From an uncultured Eubacteriales bacterium (GTDB taxonomy: Bacteria > Bacillota > Clostridia > Christensenellales > CAG-138): DNA of 64,000 nucleotides. Within the stretch, counting starts at the first letter, position 1. Every line of letters begins with the position of its first letter. The notes beneath the pieces are model-generated. The model was not told the origin of the DNA and searched no databases. It saw only the letters and a list, made by a program, of their open reading frames with translations. Positions 44,387 to 53,867 of this stretch are shown piece by piece. The DNA is taken from contig UREK01000001.1 of the NCBI GenBank assembly GCA_900546845.1, positions 42,804 through 106,803 on the forward strand. Reading direction: 5' to 3'. Position numbers and translations under genes: made by a program.

Positions 44387-45106
44387 TCAGGCCTTGGCCT
44401 GCCCCTCCGGCACGGCCTCAAAGTAGCGGCGGAAGGGGAGCGCGTCCACGAATTCCCAGTGCGCTTCCATCCGCTTCCCGAACCAGCCGATCAGCGCGCC
44501 GTTGCAGAGCGCGCAGAGGACGGTACCCCATTTTACGCCTTCAAACCGCCCAAAGCCGAAAAAGGCGAAGGAGAGCACCACGCCGACGAGGCAGCTCGCG
44601 CAGTCGTATGCGGTCTTGAACTTGCTGATGTTTACGCCAAAGCGCGCAGAGACCTCTTTCACGAAAAGCTCATAAGCCTCCGGCGCGAGATAGGTATGGA
44701 AAAAGAACGCCACGCCCAGCGCGCAAAGCAGCGCGCCCACGAGGAAGAACGCAGCGCGCCAGGGGAGCGCTGACGTTCCGATAAGGCCAACGAGCGCCAT
44801 GCAGCCGTCGAGTGCAAAGCCGTAAAGCACGGCCGTGCAAAATGAAAACAGATACGAGAGCCGGAAGCGCCGGAGCACGGCCCCCATGAGCAGCAGCACG
44901 AGCGCCTGAAGCGTGTATTCCATCATGCCGAAGGTGACGAAGCTCCACACGGTGGAAAACTTGCGGTAAAGCACATAGGCGGGCGCCACCACCATGGACA
45001 TGCCGAAGTCCGCGCGTTCCATGAAGGCGGTGCCAAGCGCGATGGCGAGGATGCCGAGGACATAGGCAAGCTCCGTGTAAAAAGGCTTTTTCTGCATAAA
45101 AAACAC
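44387..45106 (-). CDS. YczE/YitT-like membrane protein (function unknown)
   Basis: Polytopic 239-aa ORF. KKPFYTELAYVLGILAIALGTAFMERADFGMSMVVAPAYVL resembles the YczE/DUF6198 family. An alternative start is 45094. Confidence 0.6.
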   Translation of the reverse strand: MFFMQKKPFYTELAYVLGILAIALGTAFMERADFGMSMVVAPAYVLYRKFSTVWSFVTFGMMEYTLQALVLLLMGAVLRRFRLSYLFSFCTAVLYGFALDGCMALVGLIGTSALPWRAAFFLVGALLCALGVAFFFHTYLAPEAYELFVKEVSARFGVNISKFKTAYDCASCLVGVVLSFAFFGFGRFEGVKWGTVLCALCNGALIGWFGKRMEAHWEFVDALPFRRYFEAVPEGQAKA

Positions 45107-45331
45107 TCCTGAAAACAGAAAGATAGCTTTTCCCGCAAAAACGCGAAGCGGGAAAAGCTGTTTTTATCAGTATAGCACGCGGCGGGCGAAAGGGGAACCG
45201 CCTTTTCGGGAGAATCGGCCAAAACCGGCGCGCCATGCTTGCGCCACCCGCCAAAAACACGTATACTATAATCCGTGTGCGACCATGCTGCATCTGCAAA
45301 TTTACGAATAGATGAGGGAGCAAAAAGAACG

Positions 45332-46507
45332 ATGGACTATGCGAAGGAATCCCTGCGCCTGCACGAGGAATGGGCCGGGAAGATCGAGGTGATCGCCACC
45401 GTGCCGGTCAAGACCAAGGAGGATCTTTCCCTGGCCTATACGCCAGGCGTGGCGCAGCCCTGCCTGGAGATCCAGAAGGATGTGAATAAGAGCTACGAGC
45501 TTACCCGCCGGCACAACATGTGCCTTGTCGTTACCGACGGCACGGCGGTGCTGGGCCTTGGCGACATCGGCCCGGAGGCGGGCATGCCTGTGATGGAGGG
45601 CAAATGCGTGCTCTTCAAGGCCTTTGGCGATGTGGACGCATTTCCGCTCTGCGTCAAGAGCAAGGATGTGGACGAGATCGTGAACACGATCTACATGATT
45701 TCCGGCTCCTTCGGCGGCGTGAACCTGGAGGATATTTCAGCGCCCCGCTGCTTTGAGATCGAGCGCAAGCTCAAGGAAAAGTGCGACATCCCAATCTTCC
45801 ATGACGACCAGCACGGCACGGCGGTCATCACCCTGGCGGGCCTTGTGAACGCGCTGCGCCTCGTGGGCAAAAAGAAAGAGAATGTAAAGGTTGTGGTCAA
45901 CGGCGCGGGCGCGGCGGCGATCTCCATCACCCGGCTGCTGCTGGACGACGGCTTTGCGGACATCACCCTGTGCGACCGCAGGGGCGCGATCTACGAAGGA
46001 CGTGCGGAGGGCATGAACCCCTTCAAAGCGGAGATGGCGCGCGTAACGAACCGGGCGATGTGCAAGGGAACGCTTGCGGACGCGCTCCAGGGCGCGGATG
46101 TGTTCATCGGCGTGAGCGCGCCGGGCGCCGTGACGGCGGAGATGGTAAAGATCATGGCCAAGGACGCGATCCTTTTCGCCTGCGCGAACCCCACGCCGGA
46201 GATCTTTCCCGACGAGGCAAAGGCAGGCGGTGCGCGCGTGATTGCCACCGGCCGCAGCGATTTCCCGAACCAGGTGAACAACGTGCTCGCGTTTCCGGGC
46301 ATCTTCCGCGGCACGTTTGACGTGCGCGCAAGCGACATCAACGACGAGATGAAGCGCGCGGCGGCCTATGCCATTGCCGGGCTGATCTCTGAGGAGGAAC
46401 TCAACGAGGAATATATCCTTCCCGCGGCGTTCGACCCGCGCGTGGGCAAGGCCGTTGCCGCGGCCGTGGCGGAGGCCGCGCGCAGGAGCGGTGTTGCGCG
46501 TATTTGA
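45332..46507 (+). CDS. NAD(P)-dependent malic enzyme (short, ACT/PTA-less type)
   Basis: MDYAKESLRLHEEWAGKIEV...LSLAYTPGVA...VVTDGTAVLGLGDIGP...NLEDISAPRCFEIE..FHDDQHGTA..VVNGAGAAA are hallmark malic-enzyme motifs. Confidence 0.9.
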   Translation: MDYAKESLRLHEEWAGKIEVIATVPVKTKEDLSLAYTPGVAQPCLEIQKDVNKSYELTRRHNMCLVVTDGTAVLGLGDIGPEAGMPVMEGKCVLFKAFGDVDAFPLCVKSKDVDEIVNTIYMISGSFGGVNLEDISAPRCFEIERKLKEKCDIPIFHDDQHGTAVITLAGLVNALRLVGKKKENVKVVVNGAGAAAISITRLLLDDGFADITLCDRRGAIYEGRAEGMNPFKAEMARVTNRAMCKGTLADALQGADVFIGVSAPGAVTAEMVKIMAKDAILFACANPTPEIFPDEAKAGGARVIATGRSDFPNQVNNVLAFPGIFRGTFDVRASDINDEMKRAAAYAIAGLISEEELNEEYILPAAFDPRVGKAVAAAVAEAARRSGVARI

Positions 46508-46524
46508 ACGGAATAATGGATTTT

Positions 46525-46551
46525 AGAGGGCGCGGGAGCGCCCTCTTTTTG
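46525..46551 (+). terminator. rho-independent terminator of the malic enzyme gene
   Basis: AGAGGGCGC-GGGA-GCGCCCTCT followed by TTTT. Confidence 0.85.
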
Positions 46552-46871
46552 CATGCCATAATTGCGACGCGATTCGTTCTATTTTTGCTGGAATTCCAAC
46601 ACAAAAACACCAAAAAATGGGGGTAAAATACCAACATGAGGTCTGGCGGGAAAACGCGCTTTGGGCGGTGCGGATGCCGGGAGCATAGATAATATCCTCT
46701 CTTCTTGTTTGCAGAAAAGGCAAAGGCCTGGGAAACGTTTGTTCCCCAGGTCTTTGGATTTTTAAGAAAATATTCCCAATAACGTAACAAAACCGTAAAT
46801 AAACAAAAGAATATGCTCTGAAACGGCGAATCTTGTGCTATAATGCCGGAAACGCTTGAAGGAGGACTACA

Positions 46872-47525
46872 ATGAAACGGACAAAACGCGCAACCGCGCT
46901 TCTCTGCCTCGCGCTTGCGCTGACCCTGCTCGCGGGCACGGCGTACGCCGCGCCGACGCTTCTACGGCGCGGCAGCCGCGGTGCGGACGTGAAGCAGCTG
47001 CAAGGCAACCTCATTTATCTTGGCTATTTGGACGACGTCGCAGACGGTATCTTTGGCGCGAAGACGGAGGCGGCAGTACGCCTTTACCAGCGCCGCAACG
47101 GCCTTTCCGTGGACGGGATCGTCGGCGCACGGACGCGGGCGAAGCTCGTAAAAGAGGTACTGCTTCTCAACGAGATCCTGGATACGGCGCGGAGCTGCCT
47201 CGGCATTCCATACCAAACGGCTGGAACTTCTCCGCAAACGGGGTTCGACTGTTCCGGCTTCACGCAATATGTGTTCGCGCAGGCAGGGATCAGCATCCCG
47301 CGCGTGAGCCGCGACCAGGCGCGGGCCGGCGCTGCCGTGCCATATAGTGAGATGCGCCCGGGCGATCTCGTATGCTTCAACACGCCGGTTAGCCATGTGG
47401 GTATTTACATTGGAAATGGGAAATTCATCCATTCGCCAAAGCCGGGCGACGCGGTGAAGATCACGGACCTTAAATATATGGATCTGACCGCGATCCGCCG
47501 CTTCACGGGTGTACTCGTGGGATAA
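46872..47525 (+). CDS. secreted peptidoglycan hydrolase: PG-binding domain plus NlpC/P60 domain
   Basis: GAAGGAGG upstream. Signal peptide. PG_binding_1 repeat (LRRGSRGADVKQLQGNLIYLGYL..DGIFGAKTEAAVRLYQ). NlpC/P60 catalytic region (GFDCSGFTQYVF...SHVGIYIGNGKFIHSP). Confidence 0.9.
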   Translation: MKRTKRATALLCLALALTLLAGTAYAAPTLLRRGSRGADVKQLQGNLIYLGYLDDVADGIFGAKTEAAVRLYQRRNGLSVDGIVGARTRAKLVKEVLLLNEILDTARSCLGIPYQTAGTSPQTGFDCSGFTQYVFAQAGISIPRVSRDQARAGAAVPYSEMRPGDLVCFNTPVSHVGIYIGNGKFIHSPKPGDAVKITDLKYMDLTAIRRFTGVLVG

Positions 47526-47580
47526 GGCGCATAAATGCGGGAACGCCCTCCTATGTATGAAAGCACAGGAGGGTGTTTGC

Positions 47581-48621
47581 ATGCTGACTTTTTCCGATTT
47601 TTTGCGCCAGCTGGCCATGGATCCGATGTTCGCGGTCACGGCGGCGCTGACGCTCGCGGTCATCCTCGTAAACGGCTGGACGGACGCGCCCAACGCCATC
47701 GCCACCTGCGTTGCGACAGGCGCGATGGGCATGAACGCGGCGATCGGGATGGCCGCCGTTTGCAACCTCACGGGCGTGCTTGCGATGGCGCGGTTTTGCC
47801 CGGCTGTGACGGCTGCGGTCTGCAGCCTCGCGGATTTCGGCGCAGACGCGCGCACCGCGTCCATTGCGCTATGCGCGGCGCTGTTTGCGGTCGTTACCTG
47901 GGCAGTGGCCGCATGGCGTTTCGGCATCCCGACGAGCGAAAGCCATGCGCTCATCGCGGGGATCACGGGCGCGGCCGTGGCGCTCACGGGCGGGCTTGCG
48001 TGCGTGGACGGCGGGGAGTGGGCAAAGGTGCTGCTCGGCCTCGGGATCGCGGGAGCGCTTGGGGCGGCGCTGGGCGCGGCGGCGGAGCGGCTCACGCGGC
48101 AGCTATTCCAGCACGCGGGCAAGGGCTTCTTCCTGCACGCGCAGCGTGCGGCGGCGGCCGGGACGGCCTTCCTGCACGGCGCGCAGGATGGGCAGAAGTT
48201 CATCGGTGTGCTGCTGCTGGGCCGCGCATTCGCCCTGGGGCGGACGGGGGAGACGTCCTTCGTGCCGCCGCTTTGGCTGATGCTGCTCGCCGCACTGGCC
48301 ATGGGCCTCGGCACGGCGCTGGGCGGGCGGCGCATCATCCGCAAAATGGGGTTTGAGCTTGTGCGGCTCTCCCCGCGGCAGGGTTTCGCGGCGGATCTTG
48401 CGGCCTCACTCTGCCTGCTGCTGCCCACGGCCACAGGCGTGCCGGTGAGCACAACGCATACCAAAACCGCGGCGATCCTCGGCGTCGGCGCCGCAAGCCA
48501 GGGAAGCCGCGTCAACTGGCACACGGCGCGGGAGATGATCCTCGCCTGGCTTTTCACGTTCCCAGGCTGCGGGCTCGTCGGGTTTTTCATGGCAAAACTG
48601 TTCCTTCGCCTGCTCCGGTGA
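47581..48621 (+). CDS. PiT-family inorganic phosphate (or sulfate) transporter
   Basis: AGGAGGG lies 7 nt before ATG 47581. The signature NGWTDAPNAIAT is present near the N-terminus; GVPVSTTH is the second conserved PiT motif near the C-terminus. Confidence 0.85.
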   Translation: MLTFSDFLRQLAMDPMFAVTAALTLAVILVNGWTDAPNAIATCVATGAMGMNAAIGMAAVCNLTGVLAMARFCPAVTAAVCSLADFGADARTASIALCAALFAVVTWAVAAWRFGIPTSESHALIAGITGAAVALTGGLACVDGGEWAKVLLGLGIAGALGAALGAAAERLTRQLFQHAGKGFFLHAQRAAAAGTAFLHGAQDGQKFIGVLLLGRAFALGRTGETSFVPPLWLMLLAALAMGLGTALGGRRIIRKMGFELVRLSPRQGFAADLAASLCLLLPTATGVPVSTTHTKTAAILGVGAASQGSRVNWHTAREMILAWLFTFPGCGLVGFFMAKLFLRLLR

Positions 48622-48729
48622 ATCGAAAGCTGCGGAAAGTGTGAGTAGAAATCATGCGCAAATTGTAGTATAATCAAATTTACGGCCTGTTGCAGGCAAG
48701 TTTTCAAGCAAAGGATACAACGAGAACCA

Positions 48730-50109
48730 GTGGAAACGATTCAACGAGAAAACAAGATGGGCGTGCAGCCCGTTCCATCGCTGCTGATCAAGATGTCGCT
48801 GCCGATGATGGCGTCCATGCTCGTCATGGCGCTTTACAACATTGTGGACAGCATCTTTGTATCGCGCATCAGCGAAAACGCGCTCACCGCCGTCTCGCTG
48901 GTGTATCCGTTCCAGATGCTCTTTATCTCCGTCGCCGTCGGCACCGGCGTGGGCGTGAATTCGCTCATCGCCCGGAGGCTAGGCGAGCGGCGGCAGGCGG
49001 ACGCAGACCGTGCCGCCGCGACGGGGCAGTTCCTTGCGCTCGCAAGCGCCGTCGTCTTTATGCTCGTGTATGCAATTTTCCCGGAATTTCTGCTCGCCTC
49101 TTTTGCGGACAATGCGGAGATCCTCGGCCACGCGACAGTCTACCTGCGCATTTGCGGCGGGCTTTGCGGCTTCGCGTTATTCTCCACCATGGCGGAAAAG
49201 ACCATCCAGGCCACGGGCGACACCATCCGCCCGATGCTGATCCAGCTCGCGGGCGCGGTGTTCAACATTGTGTTCGACCCGATCCTCATCTTCGGCTATC
49301 TCGGCTTCCCGGCGATGGGCGTTGCCGGCGCGGCGGTCGCCACCGTTGGCGGACAAGCCGTTTCCATGCTGCTGGGCTTCTTCTTCCTGTTCCGCAGGGG
49401 CAACCTTGTATCCGTCCGGCTCAAGGGCTTCCGCCCGGAGCGCAGGATCATCGCGGACATATACCGCGTGGGGCTGCCTTCCATTGTCATGCAGGCGATC
49501 GGCTCTGTGACCACGTTCGCGCTTAACAACATCCTGTATCTGTTCACGCCGACGGCCGTGAGCGTGCTCGGAGTGTATTTCAAGCTGCAATCCTTCGTGT
49601 TCATGCCGGTGTTCGGCCTCAACAGCGGCGCGATGCCCATCATGGGCTACAATTTCGGCGCGCGGAACAAAAAACGCCTTATGCAGGCGCTCAAGTGCGG
49701 CGTGCTGTACGCGCTTGCGATCATGATGGTCGGCCTCCTGGTGTTCCAGATCTTCCCGGATGTGCTCCTCGAGCTGTTCGACGCTTCCGAGAACATGATG
49801 CAGATCGGCATGATCGCGCTGCGGACCATCAGCTTCTGCTTCCCGTTCGCGGCGGTGGGCATCATGCTTTCCACGCTGTTCCAGGCCGTCGGCCAGGGCG
49901 TGAACAGCATGATCATGTCGCTGTGCCGGCAGATCATCGTCCTGATCCCGGTCGCCTACCTGCTTGCGATGGAATGGGGCCTCAACGCGGTGTGGTATGC
50001 GTTCCTCATCGCCGAAGCTGCCTCGCTCGTGGTATGCGCTGTGCTGCTGCGCCGCACCTATGCGCGCTACATCAAGCCGCTTGATGAGAAAACGGAGGCT
50101 GCCGCATGA
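48730..50109 (+). CDS. MATE-family efflux transporter (paralog 3 of 4)
   Basis: GTG start. ENKMGVQPVPSLLIKMSLPMMASMLVMALYNIVDSIFVSRI is a typical MATE N-terminus. Confidence 0.85.
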   Translation: METIQRENKMGVQPVPSLLIKMSLPMMASMLVMALYNIVDSIFVSRISENALTAVSLVYPFQMLFISVAVGTGVGVNSLIARRLGERRQADADRAAATGQFLALASAVVFMLVYAIFPEFLLASFADNAEILGHATVYLRICGGLCGFALFSTMAEKTIQATGDTIRPMLIQLAGAVFNIVFDPILIFGYLGFPAMGVAGAAVATVGGQAVSMLLGFFFLFRRGNLVSVRLKGFRPERRIIADIYRVGLPSIVMQAIGSVTTFALNNILYLFTPTAVSVLGVYFKLQSFVFMPVFGLNSGAMPIMGYNFGARNKKRLMQALKCGVLYALAIMMVGLLVFQIFPDVLLELFDASENMMQIGMIALRTISFCFPFAAVGIMLSTLFQAVGQGVNSMIMSLCRQIIVLIPVAYLLAMEWGLNAVWYAFLIAEAASLVVCAVLLRRTYARYIKPLDEKTEAAA

Positions 50110-50999
50110 ACGGGGAAAAACGTTCGCCCGGCGTAGGCGTTGCACTGATGCTCGCCTGCGCGGTGCTCTGGAGCACGGCGGGGCTGTTCATCAAGAGCGT
50201 GCCCTGGAACTCTATGGTTCTCGCGGGCTGGCGCGGCCTTGCGGCGACGCTGACGCTCTGGCTTTTCATGCGCAGGATGCACTACCGCGTTTGCGTCGAT
50301 AAGCGGACGGTGCTCATCGGCCTTTGCGTGAGCGGCACATCCATCCTGTTCCTCATCGCCAACCGGCTCACCACGGCGGCGAATGCCATTGTGCTGCAAT
50401 ACACCTCGCCGGTGTTCCTTGTGGTGCTTTCGATGCTCTTCTTCCGGCGGCGGTACCGCGTGGCAGATTATGTCACCGTGCTCGTGACGGTCTGCGGCAT
50501 CGCGCTGTTCTTCTTCGACCAGCTCACGCCCGGCGGCATGCTTGGCAACGTCCTCGCGCTCATCGACGGCATGACGATGGGGGCCGTGTACCTCTTCACT
50601 GGCGAATCCGACGAGGAGCGCAGGCTCTCCGGCATCTTCCTCGGGCTTGCGGTGACGACGGCCATTGGCATCCCGTTCACGTTCGTTTACCCGCCGGAGG
50701 TGACGGCCGTGTCCGTCCTTGCGGTGATTGCAATGGGCGTGTTGCAGCTCGGCCTGCCCTACGCGCTTTACAGCATCGCGGTCAAGCATTGCCCGACGCT
50801 TGCCTGCACGCTCATCGCCTCGCTGGAGATCATCCTGAGCCCGGTCTGGGTTTGGATGTTCCTGGGGGAAATGCCCGGCACGTTCGCGCTTCTTGGCTCT
50901 GCCGTCGTCGTGGCGACGATCACCGTCTGGTGTTGCCTGGGCGGCGCGAAGGAGCGCCCGCGCCAGGCGCCGGCGAAACCGGGAGCTGAAGCTCGGTGA
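50106..50999 (+). CDS. DMT-superfamily (EamA-like) transporter
   Basis: ATGA overlap with the MATE stop. 10-TM profile with two EamA-like halves. Confidence 0.8.
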   Translation: MNGEKRSPGVGVALMLACAVLWSTAGLFIKSVPWNSMVLAGWRGLAATLTLWLFMRRMHYRVCVDKRTVLIGLCVSGTSILFLIANRLTTAANAIVLQYTSPVFLVVLSMLFFRRRYRVADYVTVLVTVCGIALFFFDQLTPGGMLGNVLALIDGMTMGAVYLFTGESDEERRLSGIFLGLAVTTAIGIPFTFVYPPEVTAVSVLAVIAMGVLQLGLPYALYSIAVKHCPTLACTLIASLEIILSPVWVWMFLGEMPGTFALLGSAVVVATITVWCCLGGAKERPRQAPAKPGAEAR

Positions 51000-51771
51000 T
51001 GTATTCCGAGGGATCCCCGCTTTCGTGAATATCAATCAGGTAAAGCTCAAGCGCATTCCCGCACGGCACGCGGGCGTGCGCTTTTGCATATTCGAGGAGC
51101 TTTGGCATGAGCCGCGCGGTGTTGCGGTAATCCCCGCGGAAACGGACGGTCGCAAATTCGCCGGCGGGAACTTTTACATCGCACGGCTCGCCGCCCTCGC
51201 GCAGCATGAATACGCTCGAATAGCGGTTGTACACGCCGGCTTCGATGCCGGAAAGCGGGATGAGCGCGCCCGTCGCGCCGTTGCGGATGAGGAACAGCTC
51301 GTCCTCATAGCGCTTATGCAGCTTCTTCACGAGAAAGTCGATCTCCGCATCCTCCTGCGCTTCGCCTGCCATGCGCAGAAGCCCGCGCTCCGGCAGGGCC
51401 TTGATGGCAAACATCCCGATGGGCAGCGCGGCGGCCGCGGCGATTTCCTCCTCCCGCGCTTCGATGCCGTCCCGGATAGCCTGGAGTTCCGCGATGCGCG
51501 CATCCACAGCCTCCTTTTCGCGCTGGAGCAGCGCCCGCGTTGAGGCAAGCGTATGCGCGCTGAGGTATTCCTTGATCTGCTGGGTGGGGAAATCCAGCTT
51601 GAGCATGTCGCGGATGACGTTGAGCCGCCAGATGTCCTCGATGCTGTACATGCGGTAGCCGTTCGCATCCCGGCATGGGGTAAGCAGGCCGATCTCCTCA
51701 TAATAGCGCAGCGAATCCGGCGATACGCTGTAAAGCGCAGCGATCTCGCCGATCTTATAATATCGTTTCAT
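50920..51771 (-). CDS. MerR-family regulator with a GyrI-like effector-binding domain (BmrR-like)
   Basis: MKRYYKIGEIAALYSVSPDSLRYYEEIGLL is a MerR HTH, followed by a coiled-coil linker and a GyrI-like C-domain ending ..YITELQLPV. Its 3' end overlaps the convergent EamA gene by 80 nt. Confidence 0.85.
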   Translation of the reverse strand: MKRYYKIGEIAALYSVSPDSLRYYEEIGLLTPCRDANGYRMYSIEDIWRLNVIRDMLKLDFPTQQIKEYLSAHTLASTRALLQREKEAVDARIAELQAIRDGIEAREEEIAAAAALPIGMFAIKALPERGLLRMAGEAQEDAEIDFLVKKLHKRYEDELFLIRNGATGALIPLSGIEAGVYNRYSSVFMLREGGEPCDVKVPAGEFATVRFRGDYRNTARLMPKLLEYAKAHARVPCGNALELYLIDIHESGDPSEYITELQLPVSPAPGAGAPSRRPGNTRR

Positions 51772-51792
51772 AAATATCCTCCCAAAAACCCC

Positions 51793-51823
51793 TTGACCTT
51801 GGTATGATACCAGGGTTTAAGAT
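51793..51823 (+). promoter_or_regulatory. MerR-type promoter (19-nt spacer containing a dyad) of MATE paralog 4
   Basis: TTGACC (51793..51798), 19-nt spacer, TAAGAT (51818..51823). The imperfect dyad CCTTGGTAT-G-ATACCAGGG (51797..51815) spans the spacer. Confidence 0.6.
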
Positions 51824-51843
51824 GATCTGTAAAGAGGTGACTT

Positions 51844-53190
51844 ATGAAGCAACCCAAAACAAAACAGAAAAAGACCTGGTCCGTGCGGGAATTCCTGCGC
51901 TTTGTGGTGCCTTCCGTGGCGTCCATGTTTGTGTTTTCGACCTATACCATCGTGGATGGGATCTTCGTAACCCATGGCGTGGGGGAGCTGGCGCTCGCGG
52001 CGGTGAACCTCTGCATGCCGTTCATCAACACCATGTTCGCGCTCGCGGTGCTGCTCTCCGTGGGCACGTCCACGGTCTGCGCTATCCACATCGGGCGCGG
52101 CGAGCCGGAGGAAGCGAACAAAACCTTTACGCAGAACGCGTTCGTGGTGGGTGCATGCGCGCTGCTGCTGACGCTGCTCGTCCACCTGTTCCCAAACGCG
52201 GTCGTAGAGCTTTTGGGCGCGACGGAGGGGACGCGCGCCTACATGATCTCCTACTTGCAGACCGTGAGCTCCTTTGCGGTGTTCTTCATGGTATCCTATT
52301 GCTTTGAGGTGCTGGTGAAAACGGGCGGACATCCTGCGGTTTCGGTCATTGGCGTTTCCGTCTGCTGCGTGACGAACATCGTGCTCGATTACGTATTCGT
52401 GATGGAGCTGCACATGGGCGTCACGGGCGCCGCGCTTGCGACAGGCATCGCGCAGGCGATGAGTTTCCTCATCTTCCTCATACACTTCCTGCGGGGCCGC
52501 TCGTCAATCAAGTTCCGGGTTTCGCGGCCGTTCCCCGGCGTGTACCGGCGCATCCTGCCGCTGGGCCTTTCGGAATTTTCCTCCGAGTTTGCACTCGGGT
52601 ATACCACGTTCCTGTTCAACCGTGTCATCCGCGCATATATCGGGGAAACCGGTATCGTGAGCTATTCGCTTATCGGCTATGTGAACACGCTCGTGCTGAT
52701 GCTCGTCGTCGGCACGACGCAGGGCATGCAGCCGCTTGTGAGCCTCAATTTGGGCCGTGGCGACCGGGCAGCCTGCCGGGGATATTACCGCTATGCGCTC
52801 GCGGGCGGCGTCGCGGCGGCAGCGGCCTGCTTTGCGGTATGCCAAATCTTCCCGGAATGGATCGTCTCACTGCTGTTCGACCGCAGTAGCCCTACGTTTG
52901 CTTACACGGTGGGGGCGCTGCGCGCGTTTTCCTGCACGTTCCTGCTGATGGGCTTCAACGTGCTCAGCGCCGGGTATTTTACGGCTATGGAACTGCCTTT
53001 GCCCGCGATGACGGTCGCCCTCGCGCGGGGATTCGTTACGGTAACGGTTGCGCTGACGGCTCTTGCGGCGCGCTTTGGCGGGGACGGGATCTGGTATGCG
53101 CCCGCGGCGAGCGAGGCGCTCTGCCTGCTGCTCACCGGCGCGTTCCTATTGATTTACCGCCGGCGCGCGGCGCTGGCCTTGCGGGACTGA
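51844..53190 (+). CDS. MATE-family efflux transporter (paralog 4 of 4)
   Basis: 448 aa. REFLRFVVPSVASMFVFSTYTIVDGIFVTHGVGELALAAVNL is MATE-like. The gene is divergent from the MerR regulator. Confidence 0.85.
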   Translation: MKQPKTKQKKTWSVREFLRFVVPSVASMFVFSTYTIVDGIFVTHGVGELALAAVNLCMPFINTMFALAVLLSVGTSTVCAIHIGRGEPEEANKTFTQNAFVVGACALLLTLLVHLFPNAVVELLGATEGTRAYMISYLQTVSSFAVFFMVSYCFEVLVKTGGHPAVSVIGVSVCCVTNIVLDYVFVMELHMGVTGAALATGIAQAMSFLIFLIHFLRGRSSIKFRVSRPFPGVYRRILPLGLSEFSSEFALGYTTFLFNRVIRAYIGETGIVSYSLIGYVNTLVLMLVVGTTQGMQPLVSLNLGRGDRAACRGYYRYALAGGVAAAAACFAVCQIFPEWIVSLLFDRSSPTFAYTVGALRAFSCTFLLMGFNVLSAGYFTAMELPLPAMTVALARGFVTVTVALTALAARFGGDGIWYAPAASEALCLLLTGAFLLIYRRRAALALRD

Positions 53191-53308
53191 GCGCCAAGCA
53201 TCATAAGAAGAATACTTTGCGTAGGCGGCCGTGTCTCAGGCTGCCTGCGTTCCATTTGGCCTGCATTTTGTGCTTGACGAATGAGGCATGATATAATAAA
53301 TTATCATA

Positions 53309-53326
53309 AATTAGATTAAACTAACT
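53309..53326. promoter_or_regulatory. RGTTAG-N6-CTAACY palindrome, site A (weaker left half)
   Basis: AATTAG-ATTAAA-CTAACT. Confidence 0.4.
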
Positions 53327-53364
53327 TATATGAGCCGCATAATGCGGCAAAATTTAAAGATATT

Positions 53365-53382
53365 AGTTAACATAAACTAACT
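53365..53382. promoter_or_regulatory. RGTTAG-N6-CTAACY palindrome, site B
   Basis: AGTTAA-CATAAA-CTAACT, 22 nt upstream of the ATG at 53404. Confidence 0.5.
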
Positions 53383-53403
53383 AACGAAGGGAGGGCATAT
53401 CCA

Positions 53404-53589
53404 ATGCGCAAACAGGCGGAGCGGTTCCTGCTGGAACATGGCGCGCCGACACTTGCGGGCATCAAGACCGCGAGCATGTTCCGGCTGAAAGGGACGCCCG
53501 CGGAGCGGGAGGATACGCTTGCGATGTGGCGTGCCGCGCGCTCGGCGCGAAGCTCGCGGGCTAAAGCGGAGCATAAAAACGCAGCATAG
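53404..53589 (+). pseudogene. truncated DUF3793-like gene (only about 40 N-terminal residues match the family)
   Basis: GAAGGGAGGG lies 8 nt before the ATG. LLEHGAPTLAGIKTASMFRL matches the conserved xCxPTLAGIKxANLF N-terminal motif I recall for DUF3793 (about 190 aa). The ORF ends after 61 codons in low-complexity sequence, just before a terminator. Confidence 0.45.
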
Positions 53590-53610
53590 CGAATGCCATG
53601 CTGCGTTTTG
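53576..53610. terminator. bidirectional terminator between the DUF3793 remnant and the ferredoxin gene
   Basis: AAAACGCAGCAT-(10 nt)-ATGCTGCGTTTTG. Confidence 0.8.
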
Positions 53611-53621
53611 TTTTGCGTTTG

Positions 53622-53798
<177 letters not shown>

Positions 53799-53867
53799 TT
53801 ACCTCCAGTGTAGATTTCCCGTATATTGTAACATAAACGCGGAAAAAATCAAGAGGCGCGCACGTCG

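Noticed and set aside
46552-46871. c-di-AMP (ydaO-type) or c-di-GMP riboswitch upstream of the NlpC/P60 hydrolase gene.
   Set aside because: I could not find the conserved ydaO segments (GGGGACCCA / CCGAAUCC / AGCUAACC-type blocks) or the GEMM-I core on either strand. A terminator-like hairpin separates the segment from the gene's own promoter.
50920-50999. 80-nt tail-to-tail overlap of the EamA and MerR genes as a functional antisense arrangement.
   Set aside because: Both overlapping tails are low-complexity extensions beyond the recognisable domain ends (..WCCLGG and ..ELQLPV). This is most simply late stop codons in GC-rich DNA.
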